A stretch of 64,000 bases of DNA from Octopus vulgaris (GCA_951406725.2 OX597835.1:38130001-38194000); one strand, 5' to 3'; shown: positions 1-15,107, counted from the first letter of the stretch. Notes: generated by a model not told the origin, from the letters alone. A program made the numbers and translations.

Positions 1-161
1 TGGCACTTGTTTTATTGACCCCCGAAAGAATGAAAGGTAAAGTCAACCTCGGCCGAATTTGAACTCAGAACGTAAAGGCGGACAAAATGCCGCTAAGCAT
101 TTTGTCCAACGCGTTAACATTTCTGCCAGCTCACCGACTTATGCCTTTAAGTAATATTACC

Positions 162-485
162 TATTCTGTTGTGTCTGGGGAAAGTCATTTTCTTTTTGTG
201 CCTTATAATGTAACACACTCACTGGTAAAATTTCCACTTGTTTCTTATTTCTATTTTCCTAAAACTTTCGTTGCGTTTTGCAGCCTTTTCAATAGTCTTG
301 ACTCTTGAAAATGTTGCAAGACGCAACGAATATTTTAGGAAAATAGAAATAAGAAACAAGTGGAAATTTTACCGGTGAGTGTGTTAAATTATAAGGCACA
401 AAAAGAAAATGACTCTCCCAAGACACAACAGAATATGCTTCAACACACGAAGGATCTTGCAAACCAGATACGAAAACGAAATATA
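162..485. mobile_element. Palindromic element (arms ~162-295 and ~302-436) with back-to-back U3-A8 hammerhead motifs at its centre
   Basis: ~130-bp inverted arms. Minus 259-295: cta TTGAAAA g gctgc aaaac gcaac GAAA g t TT tag. Plus 302-338 is the mirror copy. Related to 42351-42605. Confidence 0.7.
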
Positions 486-1106
486 ATATTACCTAATTAT
501 ATGCACCTCTTTTCATTATCGATATTATAGTAGCAACTATTCGCCGCATATTTGAAACAGCTGTAAAGATGGTTTTGCATTTTGTAAATATATGTAATAT
601 CTCATATAAATGCATTATTGACATCTATGATTATTATTCTTTCTTTCCTCTGGAAGTGCATCCTTCTTCAAACCAACTCCTCTGTTTCTGGAGTTTGTTA
701 TCCTGATTAAGAAAGTCTTCTTGAATTCGATCAGATCAAGCATTAATTTAATGTACTTCTTTATTCTATGCTAACACTAGCATCTTCTCAACCATTATAC
801 ATGTGTGTGTATGTATGTGTGAGTGTGTGATGCGTGCATGTGTACACGTGTGTATGTGAGTGCATGTGTGTGTATGTGTTGGTGTGTGTGGTGTATACGT
901 GAGTTTGTAAATTCTGTTGCTCTATACCATTACATTTGGTAGTTTAGAAGCTACAAGATGAATGTCGCCATTACACTAACGTGAGAGCGCGTGTGTGATA
1001 GTATAGGGTGAGTTAAACATAAAACTGAAAGCCACAATGTATTGACAGAATATTATGATATATTTATGTACATAATACATACATACGTACATACATACAC
1101 ACACAC

Positions 1107-1162
<56 letters not shown>

Positions 1163-1293
1163 TATGTATATATGTATTTATATATATTTATATATATATG
1201 TATTCATATATATATATCTGGGTGTGCACATGCATATATATATATATATATATTTTTTTTTTTTGAATACATACATTCATATATATATATATG

Positions 1294-1361
<68 letters not shown>

Positions 1362-1424
1362 TGTATCTATCTATCTATCTATCTATCTATCTCACTATCT
1401 GCCTCTCTATATATACATATACAT

Positions 1425-1459
<35 letters not shown>

Positions 1460-1983
1460 CATATATATACATACATATATGCATACATGTATAGGTATAT
1501 ATACCTACAAATAAATGTATGTATAGATACACACGCACTCACACACACATGTATACGTCTGCGTATGTATGTATGTATGTATGTGTGAGTGTGTATGTGT
1601 GTGTGTGTGTATGTGTCTGTATGTGCGAGTGTGTATAAGCCTGATATATATTGCACAAGTTTTTTTTTTATTTATTACGTTATATTTATAAAATTATAAA
1701 CATATCTAAGCAAACAAACAACAAAAAACCAACCAAACAAACAAACAAACTAGACAACAATTGTGTATCTTTAAACAATATAAATATTTATTTCCAGTGT
1801 ATATAAAATATTAAAAAAAATATATATTGTTTAGCAATAATGTTAACATGACTTTCGAAGTATTCTTTCTCTCTGATTTTGGCGAAGTACAATTTTCCAG
1901 AGGCAGAATTTCATTCGGTTTTTCAACAATAATGGTTTAATTAATTCTAAGAATTCTCATTTTTCTACCTCATTGGTTTAGGA

Positions 1984-2109
<126 letters not shown>

Positions 2110-2147
2110 GTTATTATTAGCATCATCATCATCATCATTATAATTAC

Positions 2148-2207
<60 letters not shown>

Positions 2208-2904
2208 CATCATCATCATCATCGTCAATATCATTATTATTATTATTTTTATTATTATTATTATCATCATCATCATCATCATCATCATCATTATTATTAT
2301 TATTTTTATTATTATTATTATTATTATTATTCAGTTACTTCCTCTTCTTGCAACAAACAACGTCAATAATAATAATAACAACAACAACAGCAGCAATATT
2401 AATAATGATAACAGTAACCAGTTTTAATGTAGTTGAAAATGATAATATCTTTCGTTATCTCAATTTGTATAGGTTAAAAATAATTAACATTTGACTCATA
2501 AACGACTTAAGGGGCCAAGTTTTCCATGTAATTATAAATATAATATGCATATTGCCTTAGAAGGAGGTGAGGACGGAGGTAGAGTTGTACGTGCGCACCT
2601 ACGTAATACAGAGAGGAGGAGAAACTGTTGTAGTGGTGGATAGAGGAAAGAGAGAGAGAGAGGGTGGGAGAGAAAGAGAGACAGGTGGAGGAAAGGAGAG
2701 AGTAAGAGTAAAGAAGAAAGGAGAGAGTAATAGTATAGGCGCAATGGGTTGCACAGTGCTTGTGTGCGAATATACGTGATCTTGAGATGTACATACATAC
2801 ATACATATATGTATATATATCTATCTATATATATATATTTGCATAATACAAATATAATGCATGTATGTATCTATCAATATATGCATATAAATATGTACGT
2901 ATAC

Positions 2905-2957
<53 letters not shown>

Positions 2958-3048
2958 CATATATCTTATATATATATGTATATTTATATGTATGTATGCA
3001 TGCATAATATACATATACGTTGGGACATACATATGTACATATATAACG

Positions 3049-3083
<35 letters not shown>

Positions 3084-3265
3084 ATGCAAATATAATGCAT
3101 GTATGTATCTATCAATATATGCATATAAATATGTATGCATATATAAATATAAGTAAATATATAAGTACATATATCTTATATATATATATATATATATGTA
3201 TATTTATATGTATGTATATATAATATACATATACATTGAGACATACATATGTACACATATAAAGG

Positions 3266-3368
<103 letters not shown>

Positions 3369-4099
3369 TGATAGATAGGAAGATTATCGGTTCAGACTGG
3401 TGGGAATTGTAATCAAGCGAAAATGCACTCAATACTGCTAGGTTGACTGGAATAACTTTATTTATTCAGAGACGATTGTGTGGGAATGTGTGCAAGTGCA
3501 CACGCACACACACGCACGCAAACATACACGCACACAAACAAGCATACACACATACACACACTAAGGTGCATACATACATGTATCCATACATAAATTCGTA
3601 CATACATACATACATGAATTCATACATACATACATACATACATACATACATACATACATGCATACATACATACATACATACATACATACATACATACATA
3701 CATACATACATACATACATACATACATACATACATACATACATACATACATACATACATACATACATACATACATACATACATACATACATACATACATA
3801 CATACATGCATACCTATATATTTCGTTGTCATGTAAATTCGTTCGTTTTCCTGTTTTTTTCTACATGACACTCCACCGTGATGCATCTGAAAAGAAGCAA
3901 AATTTATTCAGATTTCAAAAATGATAAGGAAAAGAAGAAAGAAAGGAGTAACAAAAAAGAAGAAGCAGAAGAAGAAGAAGAAGAAAAGGAAGGAGAAAAA
4001 TAATAAATAAAACAATGCGATGAAAATATTTTTCGTGTTAATTCAAACAACGTTGGAGAGGATTAAAATAAGAGAAAAAGGAAATTACTTGCCATCCCA

Positions 4100-4146
<47 letters not shown>

Positions 4147-4150
4147 TATA

Positions 4151-4194
<44 letters not shown>

Positions 4195-4535
4195 TGATAT
4201 ACACATATACATACACGCATAAACACACGCACATACACATATTTAATTCACAATATATGGATTGAAATAATCTGGAGTACTAATAAAACTTTATATATAT
4301 GTGTGTGTGTGTATGTGTGTGTGTGTGCGTGTGCGTACGTCTGTGTGTATTCTTGTATATCTTTATTTAACTTTTAATATTGCTAAAGATGATTATCTTT
4401 TCCATTGCTCCAAATTTCCTGCTGTTGAAGTGTTCATCAGATTGCGTAAATACAACCAAGTTCTGATGCCAACGAATGAAAGATTATGTCGAGTAAAAAA
4501 CTTCAAGAAATGCAATTTTTACAATGATATATATA

Positions 4536-5158
4536 TTTACAGCCATTTACGTATTATACTTAATGTATACACGCCATCGATTGGCCAGATACTGCGGTAT
4601 TTATCCTGAGATAACATCTCATAGACTTGCTGTGTTAAAACAATAAAAATCAGATGGCGACAAAAAATTAACCTCAGCATCTGTCAAATTGTACAAAACG
4701 CAGCTGGCACCTTCGTCTGTCCTGATATTTATTGTGGAGACACATGGCCTTGTGGTTAGATCAGCGGACTCGCGGTCGTGGGATCGCTGGTTCGAATCTC
4801 AGACCGCGCGATGTGTGTGTTTATGAACGAAACACCAAAGTTCCACGCGGCTCCGGCAGAAGGCAATGGCGAAATCCTGCTGACGCTTTCGCCACAACTT
4901 TTTCTCACTCTTTCCTCCTGCATCTTGCAGCTCACCTGCGACGGACCGACGTCCCGTCCAGATGGGGAACCTATACGCCAAGGAAACCGGGAAACCGGCC
5001 CTAATGAGCCAGCCATGGCTCGAGAAGGAACAGACTGATATTTATTGTATATTCAACACATTACGTCCTTAAGAGATGTTATCTCAAAACAAATATCACA
5101 GTAACTGGCCTGTTGATAGTTTGTATAGTTTAAGTATGAGACATAAGTAGCTGTTATA
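4536..5158. mobile_element. Old palindromic non-autonomous DNA element interrupted by a SINE
   Basis: Degenerate inverted arms: ggccagatactgcggtatttatcctgagataacatctc versus gagatgttatctcaaaacaaatatcacagtaactggcc. Confidence 0.65.
4733..5034 (+). mobile_element. tRNA-derived SINE with 14-bp TSD
   Basis: A/B boxes (tggccttgtggttag; ggttcgaatctc). TSD ctgatatttattgt at 4722-4735 and 5035-5048. The head is shared with 23397-23800. Confidence 0.85.
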
Positions 5159-8100
5159 GTTTAATAATGTTTTAATTGCGTAAACGGGATTTTAATCCAC
5201 TGGATGGCTATTTGAAACATCAGTGACTGATTTATTCAGAGGTGACTACACCAGAGGTGACGAATTCTCGTCTGAGCATGTGCTGGCTCTACACAGCAAT
5301 GGATAAACCTCAAAAGATCGAAAGTGCATCTACGTTCTCGATAGTCGCTGTTTGGGCAATTTTTAAAAAATTTTCTTTTTCTGGTATTTATTGTGTTTTT
5401 ATCTCGTCATATCCATGTTATCTCAGGACAAATGCTGCAATAATTAGCGGGTCAACAGTGTGTATACATTCACTATGATACATAGGTGGCTGTTTTGATT
5501 TAATACTGCCTCAGCTGCGTATACCACTGAAACTATTAAATGTATTTGTAGTATGTATTGAGTACAGTATATTTTGTTCATTGCGCAGAAAATGCTATAT
5601 ACACACAGAAAACATATATACACGTAAATTATACATCAGTTGCAATTCTGCTAAAGTCATTGAAGAGACCACAAAGCGGCATAGGCATTAAGCTAATGTT
5701 TACTGTTTAATTATTCAAAAGTTTCTAAAAAGAATGAAATAGTGCTATATACGATTGCCATTAGCTATATTTTTAAGAACATCGTAACAGTCAAATAAAT
5801 AAATGAAATATATGTGTGTGTGTGTGTGTGAACACTAAGCATCCTCTCTTTCGTATTCCTCAATTAAAAATTCAAATTGCTAACTCTTGTTGTGAGGGAA
5901 CGGTTACCTCCTTTGCATTAACAGTTATCGCCAGAAGGGACCACACGTATTTTAATATTAAAAAAGAATGCAAGGCAGTGAGCTGGCAGAATTGGTAGCA
6001 CGCCGGGCAAAATGCATAGTAGCGTTTCGTCCTTCTTTGCGTTCTGAGTTCAAATGCGACCGAGGTCGACTTTGGCTTTCATCCTTTCGGGGGCGATAAA
6101 ACACTGGAGTCGTTTACAAAGACTTACCGCTATTACCGCTACATCAGACGAAATACGGCTACTCATTTCGCCCGGCGTGCTAACGTTTCTGCCAGCTCGC
6201 TGCCTTTTTTAAGAAAATACCTATTTCTTTACTACCCAAAAGGGGCTAAACACAGAAAGGACAAACAAGGACAGACATAGGTATTAAGTCGATTACATCG
6301 ACCCCAGTGCGTAACTGGTATTTAATTTATCGACCCCGAAAGGATGAAAGGCAAAGTTGACCTCGGCAGAATTTGAACTCAGAACGTAGCGGCGGACGAA
6401 ATACTGATAAGCATTTCGCCCGGCGTGCGAACGTTTCTGCTCGCTCGCCGCCTTAATGCAATGGAAATATCATCGCAGTATAAGGCTTCTCAATGTACTT
6501 CACAAAAGCCAAGTTCTTATTTCGGTGTATTGTGCGTAAAGGGGTTGTTGTTGATAAAATTCTGTTTCAGCAGTTTCGTTCTTACAGATCTCATTATCAT
6601 GCTAATTGGCACAGGTCAAAAATAAATAAATAAATAAATAACAAAACAAAAAAATGATAATGATAATTATTACACATTTTAATTATGCATGACTTAAGGG
6701 ACAAAGATGTAATTATAAATATTGGCTTGAAAACAGGTGCAGAAGAAGTGTTATGTATGTATGTATGTATGTATGTATGTATGTATGTGTGTATGTGTGT
6801 ATGTATGTATGTATGTATGTGTTTGTATATGTGTATGTATGTATGTATGTATGTATGTGTGTGTGTATGTATGTATGTATGTATGTATGTATGTATGTAT
6901 GTATGTATGTATGTGTGTATGTATGTATGTGTGTATGTATGTATGTATGTATGTATGTATGTATGTATGTATGTACGTATGTACCTATGTATCTATTTAT
7001 GTACGTATGCCAGCATGTATGTATATATATTTACATATATATATGTATATGTATGTATATGTGTATGTATGAATGTAATAGGCTGTATGTATGTGTATGG
7101 GTGTACGTTTGAAAGTATGTGCGCATGTTTATGCGTGTATGTATATGTAATATATGTATGTGTGTGTATGTATGCAAGTCGATGTATGTGTATGTATGCA
7201 CATGTCTGTATATATGTCTGTATGCGTGTGGGTGCACGTTTTTATGTATTTATCTATGCATTTACTTATGTATATATGCAATATGTTTGTATGTTTGTGT
7301 ACATGTATGTTTGTATGTGTATGTATGTTTGTATTGTGTACGTATATATGATATATGTATGTGAGTATGTATGCAAATGTATGTATGCATGCATATGTAG
7401 TATGCATGTATGTATGCGTATGCACACACAGACATATATATATATATATGCATATATACATATGTGTATATATATATATTTATGTATGTGTGTTAACGTA
7501 TATATGTATGCTTGCATGTATGTATGTAGCTCCTTAATTCAGAACAGAAGCCAATTCAGAAGATCGAGCAAAAGGGAGAGGGAAGAGAGAGAGAGAGAGA
7601 TAAAGAGGGAGAGAAAGAGAGAGAGGGAAAGAGAGAGATAGAAGGAGAGAGAGAGTGTAGAGGACGACGCAATTTCGTTCGCTTCTGCTGTAGCTCATCC
7701 CATAGCCACGACTGACCGGTGAGGCTCTAGAAGCAGTACTGTACTTGCTGTTGCTGGTGCCCCTTTTGTTTCCATTGCTGCCCCTCCTCTTCTGCTGCTG
7801 CTGTCTTCTTTTAACTCTGCCTTACTTTTTTTATCTAATGAGAAAGCCCTCAAGTGGTTTTCTTCTCTCCCACACATGTTGTAGTTGCCGGCACTTCTAC
7901 CTTGTTACTTCTTTCTCAATGAGGTACACCCTTCGAATAGCCTTGTGGTGATGATGAGATGGGATGGTGGAATGTCATAATGCCCAACAGAACGAGAGAA
8001 AAAGAAAGAATGAGAAAAAGTGGAAGAAAGAGAGAGGAGTAAATGGTCGCAGTGGGTTAATGAATTGAATGCATAACTACACATGCAAAGGGACCCATCT

Positions 8101-9425
8101 TTTGTCGCCCTCACTGCTGGAAATAACAGCCAAATATTCAAATTTCGATTACACAAAACAAATCCCACGACTGAGGTTAAATAAGATTGAAATATTTCTG
8201 GTTAGATATATAGTATCTTTTATCTTTATCATTTACTCGTTTTAGTCATTAGACTGCAGCCATGTTGGGGCGCTAACCATGACAAATTATTAGTCGAACG
8301 AATCGATCCCCAGTACTTTTATCTTTTAAAACAGCTACTTATTCTATCAGTCGTTTAGCTGAACCGCTAAGTTATGGGGACGTAAACACACCAACACGGG
8401 TTGTCAAGCAATAATGCGGGACAAACGCTGAAACAAAGACACACACACGCGCACACACTCATGCATGCACATCCACACGCACGCACGTACACACACACAT
8501 ATATTCTTTTATTCTTTCTTTTACTTGCTTCAGTCATTTGACTGCGGCCGTGCTGGAGCACCACCTTAAAGGTTTTTTCAATCAAAGAAATCGACCCGCA
8601 CTGGGGTCGATGTAATCGACTTAATCCCTTTGTCTGTCCTTGTTTGTTCTCTCTGGGTTTAGCCCCTTGTGGGTAGTAAAGAAATTATTACGTTGTTACG
8701 TTCTGAGTTCAAATTCCGCCGAGGTCGACTTTGCCTTTCATCCTTTCGGGGTTGATAAATACAGTACCAGTTTCGCACTGGGGTCGATGTAATCGACTTA
8801 ATCCCTCTGTCTGTCCTTGTTTGTCCTCTCTATGTTTAGCCCCTCGTAGGCAGTAAAGAAATATATATCCACCACCATCACCGTCCCCAACAGAAATGGT
8901 AAATATTCTTCTTCAACACTATTTATTAGATCCACCAACAACATAAAACTTAAATCAATGTTCAGTCTCACGTTTTAGACATTTTTAAAATACAACGTTT
9001 ACATTTTCTATCAAGAGGATAAGCAAAGTAGCCAATAACATCATCGATATTGTTTTTTAAATATTTATTATTCACATAAACGATATCAAATCAACATAAA
9101 CCAATGTTTATTTTAATTTTATTTTTGTTATTTTGGTATTGTTTTTATTTTTATTTTTGTCTTTTACTATTTCACAGAACTTTATTTTTCATTCGCAATA
9201 ATTGTCTTTTGTCCCCTTGAGTCATATAATTTTTTTTTTTGTATGTGTGTGGGTGGGTGGGTTTATTTTTTGTTAGTTTGTTATATTTCATTTTCTTCTT
9301 TCTTTTCTTTTCTTTCTGAATTATTTTGAATTATAGAAAAATCATAAGAGTTGTTTAAACAGATTTTTTTTTACATAAGAATTATGTATATTTCTGTGTG
9401 TATGTGTACGTGTACATATGCATGT

Positions 9426-9518
<93 letters not shown>

Positions 9519-9954
9519 AACACATTTACATACATATACGTACACACATATATATACATACATACATACATACATACATACATGCATACATACATACATA
9601 CATACATACATACATACATACATACATACATACATACATACATACATACATACATGCATACATACATACATACATACATACATATGTATTAAGTGTATTC
9701 AAGCTTTTAAAATTTCATGACAAATCGTATTTTTAGCCTATTTTCATTTTGTTGCAGACATCTTAGCAAAAAAATAAAAAATAAAAGACAATAATGGAAA
9801 GTTTCTTGAACTTTCTCAATACCTTATATCGTTTATTCGTTTATTTGTTTTAATCTTTAGACTGCGGCTATGCTGGAGCCTTCAAAAGTTTTAGTCGGAG
9901 TAAACAGACCTCAGCACTTGCTAGAGGTGGCACGCAGTGGAGCTGAACCTTGAA

Positions 9955-10010
<56 letters not shown>

Positions 10011-10060
10011 GTGTATGTATGTATGTATGTATGTATGTATGTGTGCATATATATATATAT

Positions 10061-10127
<67 letters not shown>

Positions 10128-10141
10128 CTATATCTACCTAC

Positions 10142-10173
<32 letters not shown>

Positions 10174-10268
10174 ATATATATTGTGTTAAATTATATGGTT
10201 ATTGACAATTTGTCTATTTTCGGCATATTTGGCTTTAGAATTTTTTTCTTTTGCCCTTGTTTATAAGT

Positions 10269-10316
<48 letters not shown>

Positions 10317-10318
<2 letters not shown>

Positions 10319-11608
10319 ATCATCCCATAAATAATGCGGTTTTTTCAATTACATGAACTAAAAGTCGGAGGGAACGGGATAAACTACCTGCATTAACTTG
10401 CTATGAAAGCATGTAGTTATTTTACACCTCCTCCTTATTCTTAGTGCAAATTTTGAAGAGTGAAGTTCGATTTTAGCTATTTTTCAAAGCTCAAATGGAA
10501 ATGACAAGGGAGTGTATTCGGTATATTCTGCTTCATGAGTTCAATAAAGGCAACAAGGCAACGGAAAGTGAGAGGAATATTAACGCAGTATATGGGGATC
10601 GGACAATAAGTGTAAGCCAGTGTCAACAGTGATTCCAGAAATTCCAAGCTGGAAACTACAGCCTAGAAGACGAACCTCGCCCTGGAAGCTTTGTAGAAGG
10701 ATATCCTGAAAACCCTGGTGGAAGATCTATAGAACTCGACAAGAACGTTCTGCAAACCCTGGTGGAACAGAATCCCATCGTATTTGTTGAGGAACTAGCA
10801 GAGAAGATTGGATTTAGTCATTCAACTATTTATCCGACACCTGCGTGCCATCGGAAAAGTCAGTAAATTGAGTGAATGGATTCCTCACAATCTTTACAAG
10901 TCTAATAGCGCACATAGTATGAATGTGTGCTCCTCTTCGTTGTCACGTCTCACGAATGATCTCTTTTTGGACCAAATAGTGACTGGTAACGAGAAATGGT
11001 TTCTCTATAAAAATTTCAAGCACTGAAGACAGTGGATAGGGAAAGGAGAAACACCGGCAGCCCAGGCTAAAGAAGGTCTTCGCCCACGTAAGGTATTGTT
11101 ATCTGTTTGGCGGGATATGTAAGGTTTAATCTGCTTTGTACTTTTAAACCCAAACCAAACGATAACAAAGGAGATCTACTGAGAACAGCTTGAGCGGCTT
11201 AAGTCAGCGCTAGAAGCAGAACGACCATTTTTAGTTTGAAGATGAAAAGTGTTCTTCCATCAGGATCATGCTTGGCTGCATACAGCGGGAATGACATTCC
11301 AAAGGCTGGAGCAGTTTGAATGAGAAACGATGCCCCACCCACCATATTCGTCGGACATTGCCCCATCAGATTATCTTCAAAATCATTTGGTCGGAAAAAA
11401 TATGAATTCTGTAGACGTGATCAGAACAGCACTGGAGGAGTATTTTCGTCACGGACAAATGAAGTTTGGAAACGAGACCTTGCAAGTCTACAAGATAGAT
11501 GAAAGAGAATTGTGGAGAATAAAGGAGTGTATATTTTAAATTAAAAAATAACTTTTTTATCTAAATTTTGAAAAATAAATGTATTTTAAAAAATCCCATT
11601 ATTTATGG
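10317..11608 (+). mobile_element. Decayed mariner (DD34D-type) DNA transposon; transposase pseudogene 10495-11539
   Basis: MEMTRECIRYILLHEF start, WIPH, IVTGNEKW, HQD, PHPPYSSDIAPSDY motifs with stops and frameshifts. TIR remnants ccataaataatgcgg / cccattatttatgg. Confidence 0.9.
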
Positions 11609-11716
11609 TTTCAGCCAGAGACCAAGCTGGAGCGCCGCCTCTGATTGTTTTTGGGTCTTCTTTCGGTACTGTTTTTGGTAAAAAGGCGAGTTGGACGAAG
11701 CTGCTCTGTCTGTCTG

Positions 11717-11757
<41 letters not shown>

Positions 11758-11860
11758 CTCTCTCTCTCGCCTCTTTACCAAAAACAGTACCGAAAGAAGA
11801 CCCCCCCCCCAAAAAAACAGCAAGAGGTGGCGCTCCAGCTTGGCCTCTGGCTGAAACTAT
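11606..11860. mobile_element. MITE-like foldback with ~85-bp inverted repeats around a (CT)n core
   Basis: tttcagccagagaccaagctggagcgcc...ggcgag versus ctcgcc...ggcgctccagcttggcctctggctgaaa. Confidence 0.8.
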
Positions 11861-11950
11861 AAATGATACTTTTATTTTTCAAAACCTCTTCTTTATTTTT
11901 TCAAAATTTAGATAAACAAAGTTCTTTTTTAATCTAAATACACATATATA

Positions 11951-13110
11951 CACCCAGAACCACGCTAATAGCTTAAGAGTGAAGTTTAGGATTTCTCAAT
12001 TTTCAGTAAATCGATTTTGATAAAAACTTTTCCCAGCTGGTTTGCACACTATGGCAACACCATTGTTATGTCTTCATTATTCTGCGTAACGTCCTTTCTT
12101 TTTTATTACAGATTATTCAGTTTTTAGGTGAGCCACGCTAATAGCTTTTGAATGAAAATAGCCCATGTAGAGATATTTTTTTTCAGAAAATGAAGTGTAA
12201 AGATACATATTAAGCGTACGTTGAGTATCTATTTAACAGAAAACCATAATAATATTTATAATAATATTCCACTGGAAAAACGATATAAGTGTTTGCATTG
12301 GGACCCCCCTTTCATCGAAAACCGGTGATTGTCGTACGTTGATGACAGATCAAAACCTAGAAACTGCAGTCCGTGCGTATCACTTAGGTTGACGACGGAA
12401 GGATGACTTCCCTTTGCAAATACCATAAGGGCACAGAAAGTGTGCCTAAACCCAGCTGGAGACAATGTTCTCCTGGGGCTACAAGCTACAGTAACACCCA
12501 CCCTTAGTGGTTAGCCATATTGAGATGGCAAGTATACCTCACATTGTCGTGCAGTAACTGTTTATATTTCGTTCAGAGATTTATCATTGCATAATAATAT
12601 TATAACATTTATTGACATAATGAATTATTTAGCCACATGAGCGTCATTTTGACGGATAACTTTAAAAATCCTATTAGTCTTGGAATCTATCAATTTCTTA
12701 ACTGTATCAGGTTGGACTGCCTCTGCTGCAGCTTTCATGGTCGCCCATAAGTCATCTTGCGACTGAAATTGGCGTCCATCGGGATAAACATCTGGTTTAA
12801 TGATGGACCAAAGATTTTCCAGAGGGTTGACATCCGGAGATGCTAGCGGCCACACCATCACCCTTTCACCTTGTATGCCGTAAGACCCTGTGAAAATTTG
12901 GGTGGTCCTAGCAGAGTGGGAGGGAAAGTTGTCATGCATGGATACGAGATTGCTTAGAAGTAACAGCAGTATGTCATCTATCCAGGGATCCAAGACCTCC
13001 TTCAGGAGATTGCAGTAGGCAGCTGCGGTCACTTTAACCTCTTCAGGCACTCTGACTGGGCCACCAAGTCTGTCCCCAACGATATCGACCCAAAATACGA
13101 CTCCTAAATG
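11951..13110 (-). mobile_element. 3' half of a Tc1-superfamily transposon with DD37E spacing (TRT-like); transposase fragment 12625-13110
   Basis: MHDN...WPLASPDVNPLENLWSIIK with 37 residues between D and E. The repeated ccacgctaatagctt at ~11960 and ~12133 suggests an IR/DR terminus. Confidence 0.85.
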
Positions 13111-13283
13111 TTGTTAGATAGAGGTGAAGGAGGGGTATCATCTTCAAGGGTCTTTACTTAAGTCTCGTACGTATTTTATCGAAATCAACTTATCGAATCT
13201 TTCATTTTTTTTCTCCGTTTGTAAAATGAGGCAATCCGGCGAATCTTTTTTAATTTTTTACATTACAAGCCTGTGTAGACCTA

Positions 13284-13384
<101 letters not shown>

Positions 13385-13389
13385 GTCTG

Positions 13390-13444
<55 letters not shown>

Positions 13445-13866
13445 GTCGATCGATCTACTTATATATTATGTATATATATATATATATATATATATTAAGG
13501 TATGTAGAAAAATACAACATGGACAAGAACGTATAACTCTTAGAAGACGACACAATAAACACGGACAGGACATTCGAAACCCTCAGTCTTCAGTCAAGAA
13601 CCGGATCATCGTAGTAATTTCGGCTGATTAATCTTGAGATTACTAGATCACGGCCAGCCCTCCAAGAAAAACCAAGCAACGAGCATTAGAAAAACTAAGC
13701 TGGAAGCGTAGATTTCCTGGAAGAAGGATCGAATGCATACGAACACCAGGACAGCAAAAGGGACAGATATAAAAAAACAAAAAACAATAATGGAATACAG
13801 AAACATGAAATACAGAAGCATTAACGGTGAAAACAACAGTGTCTTACGACTGATAACAAGCAAACA

Positions 13867-13920
<54 letters not shown>

Positions 13921-13931
13921 ATATATATATG

Positions 13932-14004
<73 letters not shown>

Positions 14005-14008
<4 letters not shown>

Positions 14009-14245
14009 TCCTTATGCAGAGTTTGACCGCCTCCTGTACCTACACTTTAGAACATCATGACATCTGATGTGGCTTTTTAAACCAGACAATGTTTTGAAAA
14101 GACGCCCACATAGATTGCACATCCGATTTGGACCACCAAGAGCTGCAGATAAGTTCTGATTTTTGTGGATCTTAAAATGTCCTATGAGGTCTCAATTGGA
14201 TTTGCAAACCTTCTGGTGTACATTGCATTGAGAGGTGTGAACAGA
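14005..14245 (-). pseudogene. 3' end of an RTE-like LINE ORF with C2H2 zinc finger
   Basis: The minus strand encodes [21 protein letters not shown], then a short 3' UTR running into (TA)n. Confidence 0.65.
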
Positions 14246-14253
14246 CATATAGG

Positions 14254-14301
<48 letters not shown>

Positions 14302-14837
14302 CAGACAGATGATAGATATAGGTAGATAGGTGTAGATATTCTTTATTTTGGGGCTTACGAGTCTACCATTAGTTTGAAGGAAAATATTTGCAAAAGATGA
14401 AGCGTTCCATTTTAAAATGTTGGGAATCCGTCTCCGAGTGCTCGATAATTACAGCGCTGAGTATTCATCCTCACTGTTTAACGCTCTCGCTTATTCATTC
14501 ATTTATTTATATATGTATGCATGCATGTGCGTGTGTGTGTGTGTGTGTGTGTGTGCACGCGCGTTCGAGTGCGCGTGTGTCTTGTGTTCTTAATTATTTA
14601 AATTCTTCCTCTGAAGAAGGGGTTGGTTTCTAACAAAGGTACAAAGCTCTACTGTTGAAGTGTAGATAAAGAAATCAATGTCACATTCTAAACTTCAGAA
14701 AAATCTTTCATAAATATATTGTTCCATTTACAGATTTGTAATGTGCGAGTTAATTTCTCGCATATTACAAGTGGTTGATTTCTTTTTCTGAAAATCCAAG
14801 CTTATCTAGACTGTCATTTCGGCATTCATTCATAAAA

Positions 14838-15019
14838 GCGTAGGAGTGGCTGTGTGGTAAGTAGCTTGCTTACGAACTATATGGTTCCGCGTTCAGTCCC
14901 ACTGCGTTGCACCTTGGGCAAGTGTCTTCTACTATAGCCTCGGGTCGACCAAAGCCTTGTGAGTGGATTTGGTAGACGGAAACTGAAAGAAGACTGTCAT
15001 ATATATGTATGTATGTATA

Positions 15020-15107
<88 letters not shown>

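Noticed and set aside
6685-7641. 318-aa ORF and the many similar YI, CV, MYVC, HT and poly-I ORFs
   Set aside because: Translations of microsatellites that lack stop codons; no domain content.
7660-8170. Unique sequence with short ORFs as a possible host exon
   Set aside because: No recognisable protein motif or clear splice pair; could be regulatory but is unsupported from sequence alone.
13570-13670. Possible hammerhead on the minus strand (CTGAAGA; ggctg...cagcc GAAA)
   Set aside because: The core and stems could not be placed in the correct order and spacing.
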